Source: Polyangiaceae bacterium (GTDB lineage: Bacteria > Myxococcota_A > Polyangia > Polyangiales > Polyangiaceae). Taken from it: a stretch of DNA of 64,000 nucleotides. The translations under genes and the position numbers were made by a program. Below are positions 10,106 through 19,468 of this stretch, in pieces. Positions within the stretch are counted from its first letter, which is position 1; the number at the start of each line of letters is the position of its first letter. Below the pieces are notes generated by a model that was not told where the DNA came from, searched no databases, and saw nothing but the letters and a program-made list of their open reading frames with translations. The stretch lies in NCBI GenBank assembly GCA_965222375.1, contig CBDCTZ010000016.1:960001-1024000 (forward strand), read 5' to 3'.

Positions 10106-10135
10106 TAACCTTGACAGTAACTACTGTCAAGGTTA
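10106..10135. promoter_or_regulatory. Perfect 14-bp inverted repeat overlapping a TTGACA -35 (probable MerR operator/promoter)
   Basis: TAACCTTGACAGTA-ac-TACTGTCAAGGTTA immediately upstream of the merR ATG; a third TGACAGTA half-site lies at 10097-10104. Confidence 0.8.
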
Positions 10136-10192
10136 GGGCGGCGATTCCAGCGGAATCACCGCCCTTTTTGGCCGATCAATCGGCGGTTGCCC

Positions 10193-11386
10193 TCAGCTCC
10201 AGGCCCGGGAGCCGTTGGTCGGCTTCTCGGGCGGTTTCGGAGTCTTCAGGCTGTTGAGTCGGTCGCCAAGGATGGCTGCCTTGCGGTGGATCCAGCGCGT
10301 CCGGTCGTAGTTGTCGAGGTTCTTGTTCAGCACCACCTGGAAGCAGGCGGCATTGCCCTGCTGCGCGATGATCGAGGACCAAGCCAGGAAGAAGTGCCAA
10401 ATCCTGAACCAGCGCTCGCCGTAGGCCTTGAGCACATGCTCTTTGTTGCTGAGCCAGTTGTCGTGCCACTTACGGATGGTCCAGGCGTAGTGGGTGCTCA
10501 CGTTTTCTACGCTGTGAGTCTCCCAGCCAGCCTTCTCCATCGACTTGAGCATCGGTGCGGGACACAGGCTCGCATCGGCTCCGGGGAAGATGTACTTGCC
10601 CATGAACATAATCCAGATCATGTCCTCGGCGCGCATCCCGCGCCGCAGCCCCGTCCACTGCAGCAGGAATAGGCCGTCGTCGGTCAGTAGGTCGCGGACT
10701 TGCTCGTAGAAGGAGAGCAGGTTCTTCACGCCTACGTGCTCGACCATCTCCAAGCTGACGATCTTGTCGAACTTTTGATTGGGGATGTCCCGATAATCCT
10801 TACACAGAATCCGGGCTTGATCTTGCATGCCCCAATCTTGGATCCGGCGGTTGCCGAAGGCCGTCTGGTTCTCGGAAATCGTGACGCCAGTCGCGTCTAC
10901 GCCGTAGTATTTCGCGGCATGTCGGCTCAGGGTTCCCCAGCCGCAACCGATGTCGAGCAAGCGCTCGCCGGGGTCTAGCTGCAGTTTCTGGCAGACCAGG
11001 TTCATCTTGTTGTCCTGGGCCTGCTCCAGGGTCTCGTTGGCGTTCTCGAAGAACGCGCAGGTGTAGATCATGCGCTCGCCAAGGAACCACTCGAAGAAGT
11101 CGTCTCCCCGGTCGTAGTGTTCACGCACGATTCGCTCGTCTTGGCTCTTGCTGTGAATCACAGCTTCGGGCACGAAATTGGTCAAGGCCCACCGAAAGTG
11201 TTCCTTGGTGAGCGTGTTCTTGACGAGTTGATTGCGATCGTTCAGGAACGCGTAGATGTCGCCGGGGATGTCGATGTCGCCATCGAAATACGCTTCATAG
11301 AGAAGCGCCATCGGCATTCGCTTGTTCCTGTACTTCTGCTCGAGCTTCTTGTCGTTGAACACGATGTGATCGGTGAGTTGCGCCAT
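10193..11386 (-). CDS. CFA-synthase-family SAM methyltransferase, sphingolipid C9-methyltransferase-like
   Basis: HYDRGDDFF, LLDIGCGWG, LEMVEHVG, KYIFPGADAS, plus N- and C-terminal segments resembling fungal C9-MT. Confidence 0.88.
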   Translation of the reverse strand: MAQLTDHIVFNDKKLEQKYRNKRMPMALLYEAYFDGDIDIPGDIYAFLNDRNQLVKNTLTKEHFRWALTNFVPEAVIHSKSQDERIVREHYDRGDDFFEWFLGERMIYTCAFFENANETLEQAQDNKMNLVCQKLQLDPGERLLDIGCGWGTLSRHAAKYYGVDATGVTISENQTAFGNRRIQDWGMQDQARILCKDYRDIPNQKFDKIVSLEMVEHVGVKNLLSFYEQVRDLLTDDGLFLLQWTGLRRGMRAEDMIWIMFMGKYIFPGADASLCPAPMLKSMEKAGWETHSVENVSTHYAWTIRKWHDNWLSNKEHVLKAYGERWFRIWHFFLAWSSIIAQQGNAACFQVVLNKNLDNYDRTRWIHRKAAILGDRLNSLKTPKPPEKPTNGSRAWS

Positions 11387-12014
11387 GTTTTCGTACCACT
11401 GTCCCTTTCGAAGGCGCGGAGCCTAGCCGAAACCAGAGGTGGCGCATCGAATATGTCCATCTTCTGTCGAACTGGGCGTAATCGTGGAAGTTTCTATGCG
11501 CGAAGGCGTATTCGCATCGGACTTTTGGTGGTGTCGAGATCGACTCGTTTGACCGTTCTCAATTCGAAATCGGCACTTCGAGCTGCGTGGACGTTCGCCA
11601 CAGGTCCCTCGACCGAACAAGCGGAGAGGCGTTGTGGTTGGCGCAACTCGTGGCATCGAGCGATGCACGCACATGCCGGTGCGGCCGTAGCTGATGCGGC
11701 GAACGTGAACAATGTTTCGTGGCGGCGCGACTGCTGGAGCGCGCAAGCGGATCTCGGAGGAGCGGCGTCACAACTACACGCACACCCCGATAGGTTCTGC
11801 CTATGCGAGGCACCTCCACGGATCTGGCAGAGCATGCCTCTCTTCATCCCGGTCCCCGAAAACCTCCGCAAGAGCTGGAGCTTGTCGCCCGTCCCCGAAC
11901 AGCGCCACCTTTTGGTGACAGCGGGCCAGAGCGAGTAGCCGCTCTGCCGCAAGCTGGGCCCTTTTCCTGCCGGAGGCTTGCGGTTGCTGGGGGAGAAGCG
12001 TTACTTAGGACCTG

Positions 12015-13520
12015 GTGAGGTGGGCCGTCACGACAGCAGGGGTGCTCGCCGCATTGTGCGTCGGCGGCCCACTCGCGGCTCAGGAAGATAGCCGTCGGGA
12101 CATGCGGCAGCAGCCGGACGCGCCCCAGCAGCCCGCTGCCGAGCCCGACCGGGACAAGGAACCCGCTCTGGCGCCTGATGCGCCCATCGACCAGGAAGAC
12201 GAACGCGCCCTGCCCGACTACGACGGCCGGGGCGACGAGCCGACCACGGCGGGGGACGTTCTGATCTGGGTGCCTCGGGTCCTGATGTCTCCCCTCTACT
12301 TCGTCAGCGAGTTCGTGATTCGCCGACCGCTGGGTTGGCTGGTTACCGCAGTCGAGGAAGAGAAGGTCGTTGCCAAGGTCTTCGATTTCTTCACCTTCGG
12401 GCCCGACAACAACATCGGCGTTGCGCCCACCGGGTTGATCGATTTCGGCTTCCGTCCGAGCGTCGGCATCTACTTCTTTTGGAACGAGTTCCTGGCGGAG
12501 AACAACGACCTGCGCGCTCGCGCCGCTACCTGGGGGCCGAACTGGTTGCTCTTCAACGTTCGAGACCGTCTCACCTTGTGGGAAGGCCACGAACTCACCT
12601 TGCGGGGCGAGTTTCTGCGGCGATCCGACAGAATCTTCCACGGCATCGGCCCCGAAAGCGGCCCCGATACCGCTCGCTACCAATCGACTTCGATTCAGGG
12701 CGGCCTGCTGTACGAGGCCGATCTGTGGCGCTCCAGTCAGCTGTCGACGCACGCCACGGTGCGAGACGTCAGCTTCGACGCCGACGGTGGTGACGGAGAT
12801 GACCCCACCGTGGCCCAGGAGATCACCCGAGGTCGCTACCCCACGCCGCCGGGCATGGAAAGCGGCTACACGGTGGTCGTGCAGGGTGTTACGGCCGAGT
12901 TGGATACTCGGCGCCGGCGCGAGCCCAGTTGGTTGCCCGAGGGCAGCGACTACGTGTCGCCCAATGCGAGTGGCTTGCGTTTGCAGCTGCGCGGCGAGCA
13001 TGCCGCCGGCTTGAACACGGAGCTGCGCGCCAACCCCAATGCGCCAGCGCGCAATCAGTGGCTCAAGTATGGCGGAACCTTGGGCGGTTATCTGGACATC
13101 GCCGGCCAGCAGCGCGTCCTGGGGCTGTCTTTGATCGCGGACTTCGTGGATCCGATCCACGAAGACACCACGATTCCTTTCACGGAGTTGATCGGTCTCG
13201 GTGGAGAACGGCCCCTGCGCGGCTTTCTAGAGGGGCGGCTCTTGGGGCGCAGCTCAGCCGTGGCGCAGTTCGATTACCATTGGCCCGTGTGGGTGTTCAT
13301 CGACGGAGCGTTTCACTACTCCGTTGGCAACGTGTTCGGCGAGCGCCTGGATGGTTTCGAAATGGGCAAGCTACGCCAATCCTTCGGGATGGGCTTTCGC
13401 GCGAATAGCTCGCGGGACCATGTCTTCGAATTGCTACTAGCTTTCGGCAGCAAGACCTTCGATCAGGGGGGCGGCATTGAAAACGTGCGGTTCGTTTTGG
13501 GAGCGACCAGTGGGTTCTGA
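12015..13520 (+). CDS. Omp85/BamA-TamA-like outer membrane beta-barrel without POTRA domains
   Basis: Signal peptide, amphipathic strands, LRGF loop motif, terminal Phe. Confidence 0.8.
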   Translation: MRWAVTTAGVLAALCVGGPLAAQEDSRRDMRQQPDAPQQPAAEPDRDKEPALAPDAPIDQEDERALPDYDGRGDEPTTAGDVLIWVPRVLMSPLYFVSEFVIRRPLGWLVTAVEEEKVVAKVFDFFTFGPDNNIGVAPTGLIDFGFRPSVGIYFFWNEFLAENNDLRARAATWGPNWLLFNVRDRLTLWEGHELTLRGEFLRRSDRIFHGIGPESGPDTARYQSTSIQGGLLYEADLWRSSQLSTHATVRDVSFDADGGDGDDPTVAQEITRGRYPTPPGMESGYTVVVQGVTAELDTRRRREPSWLPEGSDYVSPNASGLRLQLRGEHAAGLNTELRANPNAPARNQWLKYGGTLGGYLDIAGQQRVLGLSLIADFVDPIHEDTTIPFTELIGLGGERPLRGFLEGRLLGRSSAVAQFDYHWPVWVFIDGAFHYSVGNVFGERLDGFEMGKLRQSFGMGFRANSSRDHVFELLLAFGSKTFDQGGGIENVRFVLGATSGF

Positions 13521-13560
13521 GGTTCGAAGCTCCGACCCAAGCCGTGGGTCTGGCCGCGCT

Positions 13561-15258
13561 GTGCTGCGAGTGCTCGGCAAGTTCGGGCTCGCTCTGGCGG
13601 CTCTCAGCCTGACCGCGTGCGGCTCCGGGCTACGCAAGTACCCGTTGAAAGACCCACTCTGGGTGGACCCGGATCGACGTCCCTTCGCCGGCGAGCCTGA
13701 AGAGTACTTCTCTCCCTTCGCGTGGGACGGCGCAGACCAAATGGTGTTCCGCCCCATCAGCCGATTCTTCGCTGTCGACCCCGCCGGCGAGGCTGTGAAC
13801 ATCAACGCCTTCGACGAACCGCCATCGTCGAGTTGGTTCTACCATCGCATCGGCCGCAACGGGATGACGCCCGCCCAGGCCGCTAAGGGCTCCTGTGTAA
13901 CGCCTCTGCCAGATCCAACGAAGACCTGGACCGTGACCGGTGCCAAGCCCAATGGCGCCAACCCGGGTTTCTTGATCAAGGCATCCGACGGCTTGCGCTA
14001 CCTCGTCAAGTTCGACGGCACGGTGCAGGGCCCGCGCGCGACGGCCGCGGACGTGATCGGTTCGCGTATTTATCATGCGGCGGGCTACTACGTTCCCTGC
14101 AACCGGATCATCCACTTCCGTCGGGACGTCCTGGTCTACGACCCCAAGGCGAAGGGTGAAAACGACAAGGGCGACAAGGAACCGCTGAGCGACAAGCACC
14201 TCGATCTGGTTTTCGACAAGGCGCTGCGCCTACCCGACGGTCGTTATCGCGCCAACTTGAGCTTGTTCGTCGAAGGCAAGCCAATTGGTCCCTGGCGCTA
14301 TCAAGGGACCCGTAGCGACGACCCCAACGACGTCATCAATCACGAAGACCGCCGAGAGCTTCGGGGCGCAGAAGTGCTGGCGGCATGGACGAATCACTTC
14401 GACTCTCGCGAGCAGAACACCCTGGCGACCTGGGTGAAGTCGCCCCCGGGCGGTTACATCCGCCACTACATCATCGACTTCGGTGACACCTTCGGCAGCA
14501 TCTGGGAACCACCGATGCTCGGCCGACGCATTGGTCACGCCTACTACCTCGACTTCAGCTACCTCTTCGAAGACTTCTTCACCTTTGGTCTGATCGAGCG
14601 TCGCTGGGATACGGCTCGATTCGGCGAGACCAAACGCGTTTTCGGCTACTTCGACGTCGAGACCTTCGACGTAGACGGCTACAAGCCCGGCTACCCCAAC
14701 CCCGCCTTCATCCGCAAGAGCGAGCGCGACTCGGCATGGATGGCGCGCATCCTGGCGCGCTTCTCCGACAAACATGTTCGCGCGATGGTCGATAGTGCCG
14801 AAATGGGTGACCGGCTCAGCACGATCCTCACGAAGATCCTGATAGGTCGCCGCGACAAGATCCTGCGCCGCTATCTCAACAAGCTGTCGCCTCTGGCGTG
14901 GCCCAAAGTGGAGGCTCGTGGCAACGCCGGGGTGCTCTGCCTCGAAGACATGGCCCTGGTTGGGGGCGTCACGACTGCCGCGAATCGACGCTACACAGCC
15001 AAGGCTTGGCTCGGAGAATCTTTGACCCCGGCGCTACTCACGGCGCCTCGACTCGAGAAGAAGGCGCACGCTTGCGTGCAGCTGCCGAGCGTCCCCGGTG
15101 CCTCAGCCAGCTCGCCCCAGTACCTGATTGTCGATGTCACGGGGCGCTCCAAGGGAGCCGAGCCCGCGCCTTTGCGAACGCACCTCTATCACTTGGGTGG
15201 CGCGAACTACCGCGTCGTGGGTCTGCAGCGCCCCACGGACGGCGACCCGCCGGGCTGA
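13561..15258 (+). CDS. Lipoprotein with atypical (HipA/PI3K-like) kinase motifs
   Basis: Lipobox LTAC; GANPGFLIKASDGLRYLVKFD, AAWTNHFDSREQN, YIIDFGDTFG. GTG start inferred. Confidence 0.7.
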   Translation: MLRVLGKFGLALAALSLTACGSGLRKYPLKDPLWVDPDRRPFAGEPEEYFSPFAWDGADQMVFRPISRFFAVDPAGEAVNINAFDEPPSSSWFYHRIGRNGMTPAQAAKGSCVTPLPDPTKTWTVTGAKPNGANPGFLIKASDGLRYLVKFDGTVQGPRATAADVIGSRIYHAAGYYVPCNRIIHFRRDVLVYDPKAKGENDKGDKEPLSDKHLDLVFDKALRLPDGRYRANLSLFVEGKPIGPWRYQGTRSDDPNDVINHEDRRELRGAEVLAAWTNHFDSREQNTLATWVKSPPGGYIRHYIIDFGDTFGSIWEPPMLGRRIGHAYYLDFSYLFEDFFTFGLIERRWDTARFGETKRVFGYFDVETFDVDGYKPGYPNPAFIRKSERDSAWMARILARFSDKHVRAMVDSAEMGDRLSTILTKILIGRRDKILRRYLNKLSPLAWPKVEARGNAGVLCLEDMALVGGVTTAANRRYTAKAWLGESLTPALLTAPRLEKKAHACVQLPSVPGASASSPQYLIVDVTGRSKGAEPAPLRTHLYHLGGANYRVVGLQRPTDGDPPG

Positions 15259-15260
15259 CC

Positions 15261-16637
15261 ATGAGCGACGCCAAAGCCGAAGACAGGAGTGCCCTGGAAC
15301 GCACGCTAGGGCTCTTCACGGAAGTGCGCGCCGGTGAGGGGATTGTCGCGCTGCTGTTGACGGTGAATGTGTTCTTGCTGATGACGGCCTACCTCGTCAT
15401 CAAGCCTGTGCGCGAAGGGCTCATCTTGGCGATGGCGTCCGGCGCCGAATACAAGTCCTACATGAGCGCCGCCATCGCCGTCACGCTGCTGGTGGCGGTG
15501 CCGGCCTACGCGAAGTTCGCCGACAAGCTGCCAAAGAACCGCCTGGTGTTCTGGGTCACGGTCTTCTTCGCCTCCCACCTGGTGTTGTTCTTCTTCGCCA
15601 GCCACGTCGAGGCGATTCGCGTGCGCCTTGGGCTCATCTACTACCTCTGGCTCGGCATCTTCAACATGATGGTCGTGGCGCAGTTCTGGGCCTTTGCCAA
15701 CGACCTCTACGACGAAGAACAGGGCAAGCGGCTCTTCCCACTGCTGGGCATCGGGCAAACTGGCGGCGCCCTGGCCGGCAGCGCCGTCGCGGCCGTATTG
15801 CTCGAGGGCGTGAAGCTCGGGCTGTACCAGATGCTTCTCGCCGGCGGCGCGCTCTTGATGACGTCAGCGTTCTTGACCGTCGTCGTGTTTCGACGTCACC
15901 AACAGCAGAGCAAGGCCGACAAGACTCCGAAGAAAGACGCTGACGAGAAGAAGAGCGCCAAGGAGCCGCCCAAAGACAGAAGTGGCGCTTTCAAGATGGT
16001 GTTCCAGCACAAGTACCTGACGCTGCTCGCCGCCTTCGCGCTGATATTCACCTTCGTCAACACCAACGGCGAATACATCCTGGGTCGGCTGCTGCAAGAA
16101 GACGCTCAAGAAAAAGTGCTCACTGGCGTTCTCACCAAGGACGGCATTGGCGATTACATCGGGGCGGCTTTCAATCGCTTCTACCTCTACGTCGGCATCG
16201 CCACCGTGCTGCTGCAGGCCTTCGTGGTGTCGCGTCTGGTCAAGCATGCGGGCTTGCGACTGACGTTTTACGTGTTGCCCTTCATCGCCCTGGGGGATGC
16301 CGTCGCGGTGATGGCGCTCCCGGTCCTCGGCGTCATCTTCGCCGGCAAGGTCGCGGAAAACTCCGTGGACTACTCGGTGAACAACACGATGCGCAACATC
16401 CTGTGGCTGCCGACCACCCAGGAGATGAAGTACAAGGCAAAGCAGGCCATCGACACATTCTTCGTGCGCATGGGCGACGTTTCGTCCGCGCTTCTCGTGT
16501 TCCTCTTCGCTGGCCTCGCGGGCTTCGGCGTGCGCAGCTTCGCGTACTTCAACGCCTTCCTGATTTCCGTCTGGATGCTGGTCGCCGCAATGATCTTGCG
16601 CGAACGCCTCAAATTGCCCGGCGTGGACACCGCCTAG
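15261..16637 (+). CDS. NTT/TLC (Npt1/Npt2) family nucleotide translocase
   Basis: IKPVRE, QFWAFANDLY...GKRLFP, KYKAKQAIDTFFVRMGD; about 12 hydrophobic segments; starts 2 bp after the upstream stop. Confidence 0.88.
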   Translation: MSDAKAEDRSALERTLGLFTEVRAGEGIVALLLTVNVFLLMTAYLVIKPVREGLILAMASGAEYKSYMSAAIAVTLLVAVPAYAKFADKLPKNRLVFWVTVFFASHLVLFFFASHVEAIRVRLGLIYYLWLGIFNMMVVAQFWAFANDLYDEEQGKRLFPLLGIGQTGGALAGSAVAAVLLEGVKLGLYQMLLAGGALLMTSAFLTVVVFRRHQQQSKADKTPKKDADEKKSAKEPPKDRSGAFKMVFQHKYLTLLAAFALIFTFVNTNGEYILGRLLQEDAQEKVLTGVLTKDGIGDYIGAAFNRFYLYVGIATVLLQAFVVSRLVKHAGLRLTFYVLPFIALGDAVAVMALPVLGVIFAGKVAENSVDYSVNNTMRNILWLPTTQEMKYKAKQAIDTFFVRMGDVSSALLVFLFAGLAGFGVRSFAYFNAFLISVWMLVAAMILRERLKLPGVDTA

Positions 16638-17005
16638 CAACTCGTCGGCGGGATGACCGACAAGAGTGCTGACCAACCAAACCTGCGCTTCCGGTGACAC
16701 CGACTTCGCCGCTCAGGGCCACAGCTTGGCGGTCTTCTTCCTGGGCTTTCAGCTCAGAGGGTGCGCTACCCCGGCGGCAGGCAAATGCTGGTTTTTGGGG
16801 GATGGGTCGGAATCTGCCGTCATCGAGGGTTCTTCGAGGTTCGGCGCGGGCCGCTGCGCACTCACACGGAAGGTGCGGGTCGGTTGGCGCGGTCTACGGC
16901 TCGCGGTGGCTCGCAAGTGCGCAATCGGGACAGGCTTCGTACTTTGGAGCTACAAATTCGAACCGACCCAAACCCTCTTCCCGGGATGCGACATGTTCGG
17001 AGCGC

Positions 17006-17608
17006 TTAGAACGCGCGGCTGAACCGGAGTGCGATCAGCGGTGTCCAGCGACTGATGTTGTCCTGTTGTTCTTCCAGCAAGATCGGATCCACATCGTCGG
17101 CCAGCAGCGGTGAGTCATTTCGGATCCCCACATGCAAGATCCGGCGAAGGCCGATGCTCGCGGTCAGATGATAAGTGCGGCCGATGACCCATTTGTAGCC
17201 TGTCTCCGCAAACACGCTGTGGGAAAACGTACGCAGCTCGAAGAGGTCCTTGTACATGTAGCCGAGCCCGATGTAGGGGCGGTAGCCGTCAATGTTGAAC
17301 ATGTACCGGGCCGTCCCGGTGTAGTTCCGGGCGGGATTCGATTCCACACCGAAGCCCGCGTAGAACTCCAGCCCTTTGACGGGTTGGTTGATCAGACCCA
17401 GCAGGATGCCCAGGTTGCCTTCGGGGCCGGCGCCGACGGCCGTTTCCACCACGAAGTTTCGGGTGTCACTATCGACCACTTCGGCGAAGGTCTCGCCGGG
17501 CTTGTAGATTTCCTTGCCGCCAGGGCTGCTCACACCATGGTTCTTGGCTGCGGCGAGCCCTGAGCTGAGAACGAGCGCAGTCGCTGCCGCGTAGCTGCGA
17601 CGCCGCAT
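17006..17608 (-). CDS. Hypothetical small outer-membrane beta-barrel-like protein
   Basis: Signal peptide, alternating strands (RPYIGLGY, ETGYKW), ends LRFSRAF. Confidence 0.65.
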   Translation of the reverse strand: MRRRSYAAATALVLSSGLAAAKNHGVSSPGGKEIYKPGETFAEVVDSDTRNFVVETAVGAGPEGNLGILLGLINQPVKGLEFYAGFGVESNPARNYTGTARYMFNIDGYRPYIGLGYMYKDLFELRTFSHSVFAETGYKWVIGRTYHLTASIGLRRILHVGIRNDSPLLADDVDPILLEEQQDNISRWTPLIALRFSRAF

Positions 17609-18297
17609 CAGTCAATCCTCCGGCTGAAGACGAAGCGAATGAAGCCCTTCCAAGGTTCTTCGTGGCGCGCGCGGTACAGATCGTCCTGGGCGTTCTGGTT
17701 GTCGATGCCGTTTGGATCGATCAGAAAGTGATCGATCAGCTGGCCCGCCATGGCGCGCCGGGCTCCCAGAAACACATCAATGTTCCAAGAACCCTTGCGA
17801 TAGATTGTCGCGCCCAACTCCAGCGGTGTCGCGAAGGCCAGCCAGTAGTGGTCTTCCAGCCGCGCTTCGATGTGGGTGCCGACGCCGTAGGAGAACTCGG
17901 TCAGGCCTGGCACCTTGAAGTACCCGCGCAACCCGCCGCCGGCAAGGAAACGAGAGTCCTGATAGTTCTGTGTTGCCGGCTTGGTCATGAGCAAGATGTG
18001 AGGGCCAAAGCTCTTGAGTCGCCACATCGCGGCCACGCCCCACAGCAAGTTGTTGTTGGTGGTCTGTTGCTCGGGCTCGGTGGATGCGAAGGCTTCCGCC
18101 GCGACACCCACTACGAAGTAGTTGTCCGGCTCATGCGCGAGGCGCGCTGGCAACATTGGGCGCTCTGGGGTCGATTCGGCGGCGTCCGCCTGCGGCTGGC
18201 GCTTTGGAGCGAAACCATCGTCCGGCGCTGCTTGCGCGGAGTTGACGGTCGTCCCCAGAAGCGCAACGGCTGCCGCGCTTTGCGCGAGTCGACTCAT
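17608..18297 (-). CDS. Hypothetical outer-membrane beta-barrel-like protein
   Basis: Signal peptide AQA, amphipathic strands, coupled to both neighbours. Confidence 0.65.
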   Translation of the reverse strand: MSRLAQSAAAVALLGTTVNSAQAAPDDGFAPKRQPQADAAESTPERPMLPARLAHEPDNYFVVGVAAEAFASTEPEQQTTNNNLLWGVAAMWRLKSFGPHILLMTKPATQNYQDSRFLAGGGLRGYFKVPGLTEFSYGVGTHIEARLEDHYWLAFATPLELGATIYRKGSWNIDVFLGARRAMAGQLIDHFLIDPNGIDNQNAQDDLYRARHEEPWKGFIRFVFSRRID

Positions 18298-18656
18298 CGG
18301 CGCTTTGCAACCTGAGTCTTCGAGGGCCCAGGCTCACACACTGCGGTTACTCGCGCGATGGGGAACGCGATGAGGAGCCAGTGGTCCAGGAAGTAGTCCA
18401 ACTGCGCGTGATGGAGTCGCTTGCAGTTGTTGCGCTTGCGCGCCCGCTCGATCATCACGGCGTAGTGGTCCGGTTCGGAGAGCTGAACCAAGCCTAACAG
18501 ACTCAGGCCGCTGTCCTCTTCTTGAATGAAGGTGGACGCGTTGCCCGGCGGCACGTTTTGGGAAGTCCACAGCGCCTGTTTGCTCAATGGGATCGTGCAG
18601 CCTGCTTGCAGCAGTGACGCACCCAAGAGTGCGAGGAGGGTCGTCAGTTTCTTCAT
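18294..18656 (-). CDS. Small lipoprotein
   Basis: MKKLTTLLALLGASLLQAGC lipobox; ATGA overlaps on both sides. Confidence 0.78.
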   Translation of the reverse strand: MKKLTTLLALLGASLLQAGCTIPLSKQALWTSQNVPPGNASTFIQEEDSGLSLLGLVQLSEPDHYAVMIERARKRNNCKRLHHAQLDYFLDHWLLIAFPIARVTAVCEPGPSKTQVAKRR

Positions 18657-19468
18657 GTTTCCTCGAACACCGGTTGGTTTGGGGGGCGAGATTCGCCGCG
18701 CAGCATCCAGCGATGGATGCTGTTGGAGATGGTGGTGCGAACTTCTGCTGGGCAGAACGTCGCCAAGTCAGTGGGGTCGGACAGCGGCTTGGCGGTGGCG
18801 CCGCGCTGCAGGCAGCCGATCAAGGCGAGGGCGATCTTCGGGTTGGCGCCATGTTCGGCCCAGAGCTCCCGCGCGAAGGACAGCCCCAAGGTGTGAAGGT
18901 CTGCTTTGTTGCGGATGAACAACAGCCAGAGGCGCTCACCGGCGCGTCTGGGGTCGGCCAGGTCTCGAACTTCGCGGCCGTCCTCGCTTCCCACTTCGTG
19001 AGTCTTCGCAAAGGTCGCGGCAAAGTAGTCCGCCGCTCCCTCTTCCAGAGCTCGAAGGGACCGCGTCACCAGTTCGCTTTTCCCCTTGGGATGGCCGACC
19101 AGGGTGTGAAAGTACTCATGCAGCCAGATGGTTTCGTCGGCGGGAGCCTGATTCACGAGCAGATCACCGTCCGCATACACTTCGATGTCGCGAATGGGCG
19201 GGCCATCGGCGACGTCCACGTTCAAGTGCACGCGCAAGGCGCGGCGCTCTTGTGCGGGTACGTCGGACAGCGAACGGGACAATACGCCCGCCATGCTCCG
19301 CACCTCTCGGTCCTCACAGCCCGCACTCGTTCCTGCTTGCAGCTGGTCACCTCGTACAGTGCTGTCGCGAAACACCGAGACTCGGTACTCTGCGAGAGTC
19401 TGGCGACAGCTCTCGGCGTCAGCTTCGCAACCCAGCATGAGGAGCGCGCAGGCCGCAGTTACTCTCAT
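18653..19468 (-). CDS. Lipoprotein with gluzincin zinc-metallopeptidase motif
   Basis: Lipobox MLGC; WLHEYFH followed by ALEEGAADYFA. Confidence 0.72.
   Translation of the reverse strand: MRVTAACALLMLGCEADAESCRQTLAEYRVSVFRDSTVRGDQLQAGTSAGCEDREVRSMAGVLSRSLSDVPAQERRALRVHLNVDVADGPPIRDIEVYADGDLLVNQAPADETIWLHEYFHTLVGHPKGKSELVTRSLRALEEGAADYFAATFAKTHEVGSEDGREVRDLADPRRAGERLWLLFIRNKADLHTLGLSFARELWAEHGANPKIALALIGCLQRGATAKPLSDPTDLATFCPAEVRTTISNSIHRWMLRGESRPPNQPVFEET

Noticed and set aside
11387..12014. Long divergent intergenic region, checked for a riboswitch or small RNA
   Set aside because: No motif I can recognise; an Rfam scan would be needed.
11844..13160. Long antisense ORFs (also 22960-24594, 26959-28659, 59612-60526)
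   Set aside because: Shadow frames opposite well-supported genes, expected at high GC.
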